Source of the DNA: the human T2T-CHM13v2.0 reference genome, Homo sapiens
Assembly (NCBI RefSeq): GCF_009914755.1
Contig: NC_060926.1
Length of the DNA: 64,000 bases
Strand: one strand, 5' to 3'
Below, piece by piece: positions 54,966 to 64,000 of this stretch. Below the pieces are notes generated by a model. The model was not told the DNA's origin and did not search any database. It worked only from the letters and a program-made list of their open reading frames with translations. How positions within the stretch are numbered: position 1 is the first letter of the stretch; each line of letters starts with the position of its first letter. Position numbers and translations under genes: made by a program.

Positions 54966-57310
54966 TATGATGCTAGCTGGTTATTTTGCCCATTGGTTGT
55001 GGCAGTTTCTTTATAGTGTCGATAGTCATTACATTTTGGTTTGTTTTTACAGTGGCTGGTACCGGTTTTTCCTTTCCATGTTTAGTGCTTCCTTCAGGAG
55101 CTCTTGTAAGGCAGGCCTGGTGTTGACAAAATCCCTCAGCATTTGCTTGTCTGTAAAGGATTTTATTTCTCCTTCACTTATGAAGCTTAGTTTGGCTGGA
55201 TGTGAAATTCTGGTTAAAAATTATTTTCTTTAAGAATGTTGAATATTGGCCCCCACTCTCTTCTGGCTTGTAGGGATGCTGCACAGAGATTCACTGTTAG
55301 TCTGGTGGGCTTCCCTTTGTGGGTAACCCGACCTTTCTCTCTGGCTGCCCTTAACATTTTTTCCCTTAATTTCAACCTTGTGAATCTGATGATTATGTGT
55401 CTTGGGTTGCTCTTCTCAAGGAGTATCTTCGTAGTGCTCTCTGGTGTCTTGCAAGGTTGGGGAAGTTCTCCTGGATAATATCCTGAGTGTGATTTCCAAC
55501 TTGGTTCTATTCTCCCCATCACTTTCAGGTACACCAATCAAATGTAGGTTTGGTCTTTTCACAAAGTCCCATGTTTCTTGGAGGCTTTGTTCATTCCTTT
55601 TCATTCTTTTTTCTCTAATCTTGTCTTCTTCCTTTATTTCATTAAGTTGATCTTCAATCTCTGATATCCTTTCTTCTGCTTGAGGGATTTGGCTATTGAT
55701 ACTTGTGTATGCTTCATGAAGTTCTCGTGCTATGTTTTTCAGCTCCATCAGGTCATTTATGTTCTTCCCTAAACTGGTTATTCTCATTAGCACTTCCTGT
55801 AACTTTTTATCAAGATTCTTAATGTCCCTGCATTGAGTTAGAACATGCTCCTTTAGCTCAGAGGAATTTATTATTACCTACCTTCTGAAGCCTGCTTCTG
55901 TCAATTTGTCAAACTCATTCTCCATTCAGTTTTGTTCCCTTGCTGGCAAGGAACTGTGATCCTTTGGAGAAGGAGAGACATTCTGGTGTTTGAAATTTTC
56001 AGGATTTTTGCACTGGTTTTTCCTCATCTTCATGGATTTATCTACCTTTGGTCTTTGATGTTGGTGACCTTCAGATGGTGGTTTTGCTTGGTCATCCTTT
56101 TTGTTGCTGTTGATGCTACTGCTGTCTGTTAGTTTTCCTTCTAACAGTCGGGCCCCCCTTCTGCAGGTCTGCTGGAGTTTGCTGGAGGTCCACTCCAGAC
56201 CCTGTTTGCCTGGGTATCACCAGCAGAAGCTGCAGAACAGCAAAGATTGCTATGGGCTCCTTCCTCTGGAAGTTTTGTCCCAGAGGGGCATCAGCCAGAT
56301 GCCACCTCGAGCCACCCCTATATGAGGTGTCTGTCTACCCCTGCTGGGAGGTGGCTCCCTGTCAGAAGGCACAGGGGTCAGGGACCCACTTTAGGAGGCA
56401 GTCTGTCCCATAGCAGAGCTTGAGCACTGTGTGGGAGATCCACTGCTCTCTTCAGAGCTGGGAGGCAGGAATGTTTAAATCTGCTGAAGCTGTGCCCACA
56501 GCTTCCCCCAGGTGCTCTGTCCCAGGGACATGCGAGTTTTATCTATAAGCCCCCAGCTGGGGCTGCTGCCTTTCAGAGATGCCCTGCCCAGAGAGGAGGA
56601 ATCTAGAGAGGCAGTCTGGCTACAGTGGCTCCACTTAGTCTGAATTTCCCAGAGGCTTTGTTTACACTGTAAGGGAAAACCACCTACTCAAGCCTCAGTA
56701 ATGGCAGACTCCCCTCCCCGAACCAAGCTGGAGTGTCCCAGGTCAACTTCAGGCGTCTGTGCTGGCAGTGAGAATTTCAAGCCAGTGGGTCTTAGCTTGC
56801 TAGGCCCCATGGGGGTGGTATCTGCTGAGCAAAAACAGTTGGCTCCCTGGATTCAGCCCCCTTTCCAGGGGAGTGAACAGTTCTGTCTCATTGGCATTCC
56901 AGGTGCCACTGGGGTACGAAAAAAAACTCCTCCAGCTACCTCGGGTGTCTGCCCAAATGGCCGCCTAGTTTTGTGCTTGAAACCCAGGACCCTGGTGGTG
57001 TAGGCACTTGTGGGAATCTCCTGGTCTGCGAGTTGCAAAGACAGTGGGAAAAGCATAGTATCTGGGCCCACCGTCACTCACTCACGGCTTCCCTTGGCTA
57101 GGTGGGGGAGTTCCCTGACCCCTTGAACTTCCTGGGTGATGCCCCACCCTCCTTCTGCTCACCCTCCATGGGCTGCACCCACTGTCTAACCAGTCCCAAT
57201 GAGATGAGCCGGATAGCTCAGTGGAAAGTGCAGAAATCACCTGCCTTCTGCATTGGTCTTGCTAGGAGCTGTAGACCAGAGCTATTCCTATTGAGCCATC
57301 TTGCCCAAGA

Positions 57311-57645
57311 ATCAGTTTTGCTTTATTTTTTCATGAAGATTAGTAAGTTCAGTACATTTTCACATACCTACTTACAATTGGTATGTACTTTTTTGAGAAA
57401 TGTCAATTTAAATTCTTTGCATAATTTTAATTGAGTTATTTGGGTATTTTTGCTATTGAGTTGCATGAGTTCTTTATTCTTTTAGGATATTAACCCTTTG
57501 TTAGATATATATTTTGTAAACATTTTCTCCTATTCTGTGGGTTATCTTTTTTCTCTGTTGATTATGTCCTTTTTTGGGCAGAAGCTTTATAGTTTGATGT
57601 AACCCCATTAATCTAGTTTTGCATTTGTTTCCAAAAAATCATTGT
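57311..57645 (-). mobile_element. Continuation of the L1MA element beyond the L1PA7 insertion
   Basis: 'ttttgctttattttttcatgaagattag...ttttgagaaatgtc...cagaagctttatagtttgatgtaacccca' continues from 'cattgtgg' at 50536. Confidence 0.8.
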
Positions 57646-58385
57646 CAGCCTTGCACCCACCTGTAGGTAAATGTTTTTTCTCACCAAAACAAGTCTTTAA
57701 AATCTGGAGGAAGTGACTGCTTCCTCAAATGCAAAGCCTCCATATAAATTTTGTTATATAGGTATCAGCCTCTTCTATTAACTCATCAAAGTGACACTAA
57801 GCAGAAGATTTGATATTTGTAATGAAGAAACATATTACTAGTGTTGATTGTTATCAGGAAATTTACCATAGCTTAAAACTGTGATATACAAGAATGAAGA
57901 ATTGGATAGGGGTTCAAGCAACTTGATTTTGTTTGGGTCCCTTTTGTGCTATCAACTTTGTATTGGAATTTGCACAAATCACTTCTTTCTGTGAATGAGT
58001 TTACTATCAACTGGAGAACGTAGATAATTTTAGGATACTTTCCATGATGATATTTTATTATTTAGTTTTTCTGCTCTTTATAGCATTGACTTATTTTATT
58101 TCATTTCAGCCTCAACAATTCCCATTAGTAACAGTTGAAGAAAAACAATGACAACAACAAATAGCCAAGTGAACAGTTTTCACATCTTCCTGCACATACT
58201 TTAGTAGAAGCATTAAGTCTTTTATTCGAACTCAGAAAACTCTTAATGATTCTTCTCAGAAACAAGGGACAGAGTATACAACTTTTTTTATCAGATTTTC
58301 ATCAGATTATTTTCAGAGTATTATCAGATTTAGTAGCCAACCTGATTCTGTAAAAAATATTTTAGCAAATCACAAATCAACACTA

Positions 58386-58442
58386 ATATATATATATATA
58401 CACACACACACATACATACATACACACATATATATACATATA
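58386..58442. repeat. (TA)n(CA)n compound microsatellite
   Basis: Seen directly. Confidence 0.9.
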
Positions 58443-59761
58443 AAACATCCCACAAGATTTAATCTTGTTATTAAAAAAATACACCTCACAAAAATATTAA
58501 ATAGCTGAATAGAAGGTTTCTTTACGTATATTCTCTTTCCTAGATAATAGCTTCCAAATTTGCCAAAGTGTGATTTTCTTATGTTACATTCACAGACAAT
58601 GTTACTATAATTTTCTCTGAATGAGTCTTATTCTGAAAAATACCCATATATTAACAGCAATTGTACATCAGATATTTCAGTTTCATTTTTCCTTCAGATA
58701 AGCTGAGGGTATTATAATGTTTTAAATAAAAACTTTCTTCATATTCTCCTTACTAGTATGTTATTCAAAACCATGTCTTTATGAGCTGCAGTATTTTATT
58801 TCAGCCTTTTACATGGTATTGAGTTTGTCAGCTACCAGACTAAACTATCCATGAGTTACTATGTTCCACAGATTATAATTTCTAAATGAGATTTCCTCAC
58901 CCCAGATTTTCAGAAATCATAAAAAAATCTGCCTCTATAGTATTTTTCCTTTTCACCATTGCTCAACATCACTGTTTCCTTTTTATATAATAAAGTAAAA
59001 TCATAAAGTCACATATATTAACACTAACAATGACTTTAACACTTTTCAGGTTCAATGTTTTTTATTTTATATATTAGAAAACTGTGTGTCTCCATGGGTG
59101 AGTAACCACTTTCAAGGTCACAAAAAGAACATGCTTTTTAGTCATGATGGCACCTCCAGAAAAGATATTTAGATATCCATCCTTGAATTTTGCTTCTCAT
59201 CCTCAAAAGCTTTCATATTCATTAGTGTCAACTGACATAGAGCCATAAAGTAGACTCAAGCAATCTAAAATACTTTTAGAAAAGGGAATGCCAAAACATT
59301 ATTTTAAGACAATAACCATAGCCCTCTGGTGAATTAAACTCATAGAGCCCTCTTTTCACCCTGTTCTGGCCAGTTGAAATTTCCTCTGATTCATAATATA
59401 GAAGTTTGACTTCTCTTATCTGTTGGAAGAAATGCCTTCATGCTCACAAAGTTAGAGTTCTCCCTCAGACTCCCATAGGACACAAAGCAGTTTTTATTTT
59501 AATTCTTCACAAATGTAGTGAGCCTAAGAGGATATGTTCATAAATACTTCATTGTATTTAGCTGTACCTTAAATAATAAATAAGTTTGGTTTATTGAATT
59601 TTCTTTTCTGAACATGAGGCCCATTTCTTCCATTATAAAACAGGTTTTAAAAAGTTGATTTTTCTCTCCTAGCATCCATCCAGAATTCTCAATGAGTTAA
59701 GAGTCTCCAATTTAAACTGATTAAATGAGAGCAAACAAATTTAAATCAAAGCTGAATTTTA

Positions 59762-59838
59762 GGCTCATGACAGATATTCTAGAAATGGCTCATGACAGGT
59801 GTTTCAGTACTGGCCTATGGCAGGTGTTCCAGAACTGG
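59762..59838. repeat. 3 x 25-bp degenerate minisatellite
   Basis: ggctcatgacagatattctagaaat / ggctcatgacaggtgtttcagtact / ggcctatggcaggtgttccagaact. Confidence 0.85.
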
Positions 59839-59924
59839 TATCTATACATAGTTATTTGGATGATCTACATCTTTATATAGTTTATCAGAAATTCCATATT
59901 TATGCATATAGTTACTGTGTGAGA

Positions 59925-60165
59925 TAATAGTAGACATTAAGATTAAAAGCTAGGCATTGTGTTTTTGTTTCAGACATCAGACATTCTGTTGGACTATAGT
60001 ACAGTTAATATTTATATTTTCCCATATGTTCATCTATAAAATGATGCCAAGAGCATTGATTTTACTTGCCATGTATGGATTTCATGAGTAAGGCTATAGG
60101 TCTACTATATGTAAGAGTGCTTAACCTATAAAAAACAGTTATAATAAGCTGTCCTATTAGCTGTT
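59925..60165 (+). mobile_element. Degenerate MIR
   Basis: 'ttcatctataaaatg...ggatttcatgag...gtaagagtgctta'. Confidence 0.45.
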
Positions 60166-63100
60166 TGTGTTAAAGAGCAAGATATCACTGGAACTTTGTG
60201 TTATTATATGTGAAGTGAATAAATTAAGATTTGGCTCACCTGAGTTTTATGACGAGAAAATGAAATACAGAATTAAAACATCTATATCAATAATGGATAT
60301 TTTATGTTTATGTGTGTGCAGGTGCATGTCTGTATGAAGCATACACATATAATACATTACACATGATTACATTTATATGGAATATTTATAATATATGTAG
60401 ATATATAATATAATGCATACACATAAATACATATATACTTATAGAAACATACACACAAGAATACTATGTATGTGATGCAAGGATTTTTGGGAAACTATAA
60501 AAAGCTCTTTGAATTTGAATTGTTAACCAAATTTAATACAATTTTTTGGGCGATGTTCGTATTAACATAGTAAAAAAGAAAAAGAATACTAGTCCAAAAA
60601 TGACAATAAATGTACAGACAGCATTCAGTAAGATGAAAAGAAGCCTTTTGATTGAATAACGTAGATAAGAAGTTTTATTAGTAACCAAGCTTAAAGGAAA
60701 AAAATTCATTATTTGACCAATATTAAATATTTCAGAAGATGCAAAGAAACATCAGTCTCATTTATTCAGTTAATGAATACAGTTTGGCCAATTGTTCTGA
60801 CTGGAAAACAAATTCACTTTATGGCTTTTAAAAAGCAAATGTTTCTAAACAGTGTTTATTGGAGATTTGGTAATCTTACTTTTACCTCTGAAATCCTACA
60901 AAGAGAAACTAACTGATCAAGTTTCAATTCAGGCAACATCTATTAGCATCATAAGCTCTGCTAAACTCATCCCTATTTATCATAAGCATCTATTTATCAT
61001 AAGCATGTATTAGCATCATAAGCTCTGCTAAACACATCCCTTTGTATGTGACACCTATTATTTAAAATATTTCATTTTGACTCAAAAGAAAAGAAAACCC
61101 ATACAAGTGTCAGCCCATGGTTCAACCAGCACAGGAATATATTTCAGACAGGGCATCAGTAGCTTTGGCTGAGGCTAAATTTGCCATCTTCTTTGTGTTC
61201 TGTCCTATGTTATATGCAAATATTGCTTTGTCTCTCTGAAAATGTTTTCATTATGGTATTATTCAAGTTGTTTACAATTTTCTGGGCCTATGTTGCTTAA
61301 ACTATAAAATTATTTAATAACTGTTAATGGCATGAAATAACACTTTGTATACTCTTGTACTTTGCATCACAAACTCAAGAATTGCAAGAATTCATGTTGT
61401 TTACTGGTGAAAAGGTAAATTTCCATTTGAAACGTGAGCTTCTGTGATATAATTTCTCTAACTTAAAGATGCCCTTTATTTCTATTAAATAGCTCACCTT
61501 AACCATTCAAAAATATTTTTAGTACTTTTCAATTCATGAATATTATTTTCTCTGTTATGTAAAGAGAAAAAGTTATTACTAAATATTACTCTAAATTTAA
61601 TCTAAACAGAACCTTTGTGCTAAAACAGATATGGTCAAAAACCCTTTCCTTTGCTTTCCTCTAGCCTCTGCCTGAAGAGTACTTTGGGACTTTGTTAAGA
61701 CTTCTCAACCCTTTGTATATTACCTGGCTTAATTAATTAGATTTAAAATCTTTGTGGGTTGGGAAAAGACTCAGACAACCAAGCTTTCAGAGTATTAATA
61801 ATTAGATTTTTTTATTTCTAAAGCTGATAGTCAGGTGATATGCTTTAATATATCCCTACATGTTGTTTAAATATTCAAAACACTTCTATACAAGTTGGTA
61901 AATAGCTCATCCTCAAACTCTCACTCACCCTGGTGCTACCACAGGTCTCCCAATCCAAAAATGCCCCATAATCCAGTAACCAATAGAGTAAAAGCTAGCC
62001 CACCAGGTCTTTGTTTTAGCACTACACACAGCTTTAGTTCTGATACGTATGTGCCCATTTCACAAATTGTATTGTAAATATCATCTTAATTACTTTCCAC
62101 TTACAGTGACCCCTTCAAATATTCAAGGGAAGTGTAAGTGAAAGGTTTTGTACCCAAAATCTTGTTATTTTGTTTCAATTAAAGCCCAGGAAACGTGCTC
62201 AACAAGTCTTTAAGAGTTATTCTTCAAGCAGACACCAATCATTAAAAGAAAGAGGAGAAAGAAGAAAAGTAGGACAGAGAGAAGAAGAAAGAGGAAGGAG
62301 GAGACCTAGACAGGCTCCTAGAAGGGCTGGTGACTGCTGTCAATTCCTCCACTGTTAGAGAAATAGTCTTAATAAATCTTGTACAATGATAACCTTAAAT
62401 CTTATCCCATTATCTACCAGATTATGATTGTTTGCCTACCATCAGTCAACTGACCCTGGAGGTACAACTATTTACCAAATATTATCAAAATACCTTCAAT
62501 GACATGAAAAAGGTCATTTGAAATTTGATGAGATAATTCTAATTTTAAACAATATTAACTTTACATTTATACATATATTAGAAGAAACAATGCACCCATT
62601 AGTCCCAGTCAAGGTGAAAGATCCCACTCTAATGAGATATTACATCAGGCAGAGGGTAAAATTACCCCGAGGAATAAATATTTCCTGAGAATAAAAATGG
62701 AAACTATGCAACACAGGACTATTGGAATTCATTCATTCCAATTGCGTGGCAACAGACTGAAAAACATCCTCGTGACATTTATGTATGGGCGAACACTTTG
62801 TGAATTTTTGGCATAAAAAGCATTAATGGATTATGTCAGAGATGAAGAAAATTGGTAGTAGATATAAATTCATAAAATATAGACTTATAAACATTGTACC
62901 ACTTAAGTATCCCCCAATCTATATCCCAAATTTTACAATAAAATTAATGAAGCTCAGAAGTGATTTACCCATGATCACATCTGCAGTAATTATTTTGATG
63001 ATTCATGTTTATTTAAAATGTGTTATTTTGAGTTTTAGAAACTTGACTTAGACATATTTTAGTGGTGCCATCTTTGCTCTGTCTTAGGCACTTATTAGGT

Positions 63101-64000
63101 TGGGGAAGACTTCCTTGACTGGGTTGCCTCAAATATTCTTATTAACAACCATTTCTAAGTTAAAAAAAATACTACAATACCAATTTTATTACCTTAGTAT
63201 GCATTATATATTCTCATGTATCTGATCAGATTTAGTACCCTAAATTATAGAATTATTAGATGTAGTAAGTTTAATTCATCTCCAGTTGTGAGGCAAGTTG
63301 CTATAATTGTTTATAGAATTCTTCTCTAGACATGACAATAGGCAAAGATGACAAGTCATCATAATTCTTCTCTTCATGTGAAAGGAGAAGTACCCTTCTG
63401 GGCTTCAGTGATAATTTTCAGGAAATACCTGAAAAGAGTTTTTAAATGGAGATATATCTCAGAAACTTTGCAGTTATCACGTGCTTTATTTTTTCTAATG
63501 TGAAATTGAGCATGCTTCCTTAGAGAACAATACAACATTTTTGAGACTTTCTTGAGAACAGTAGTGAGAATGTACAGATTTTCATTTTAACGACTAGATT
63601 ATTAAAATGAATTTTATTTTAATTACTTATTTTTCTTACCAAATAAGGGAAAATTAAACATATTTTTATGTTTAATTAGTTAGTTAGTAACTAATTACTA
63701 GTTAGTTAGTAACTAAACTAACTAGTTTAATTAGTAAGTTTAGTTTAGAAGTGACAAGCCTGTAAAGGAAATTCATATAAGCATCTCTTAGGGAAAAAAA
63801 ATACCATTAAACCACCCTTCATCTCTATTTCTTCATTTCTGAATATGAAGATAAGAAAACACATGTTTTAGAACAATTTAATGTATCAAAAGATATATTG
63901 GTCTTAATGAGGGAAAATTATTGGAGCACAATAAATGCTTAATAAATAACGAATAGTGGTCTTAATTTTTAAGGACATATTTATTAATTAATTGATGCTT

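Noticed and set aside
59050-59097. 48-nt segment bounded by AG and GTGAGT
   Set aside because: AT-rich, weak pyrimidine tract, no coding character; unsupported without transcript data.

Overview
AT-rich, gene-poor primate (human-like, catarrhine/hominoid) nuclear DNA, either intergenic or deep intronic. No host protein-coding exon, RNA gene or CRISPR array is supportable. The listed ORFs are transposon remnants, simple-repeat artefacts or chance ORFs. Much of the window is interspersed repeat: a full-length L1PA7-like LINE (50537-57310, minus) with an AluSp inside ORF2, a twin-primed 5'-inverted L1PA3-like insert with a 19-bp TSD, near-complete Tigger2 and Tigger1 DNA transposons, solo LTRs (LTR12C, MER41-type, MER67-like, MST, MLT1, part of MLT2A), eight Alu copies or fragments, and old L1M/L2/MIR/hAT fragments. 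The most unusual features are a series of local templated-insertion, fold-back and palindrome scars (10132, 16316, 20876, 38601, 60941, 63697), a displaced L1 5' end joined to a perfect AT hairpin, an open ORF0-like frame in the L1PA7 5'UTR, and several LTR promoter/enhancer modules. I found no convincing evidence of a new biological system. Subfamily names come from recalled consensus sequences and need RepeatMasker/Dfam confirmation.
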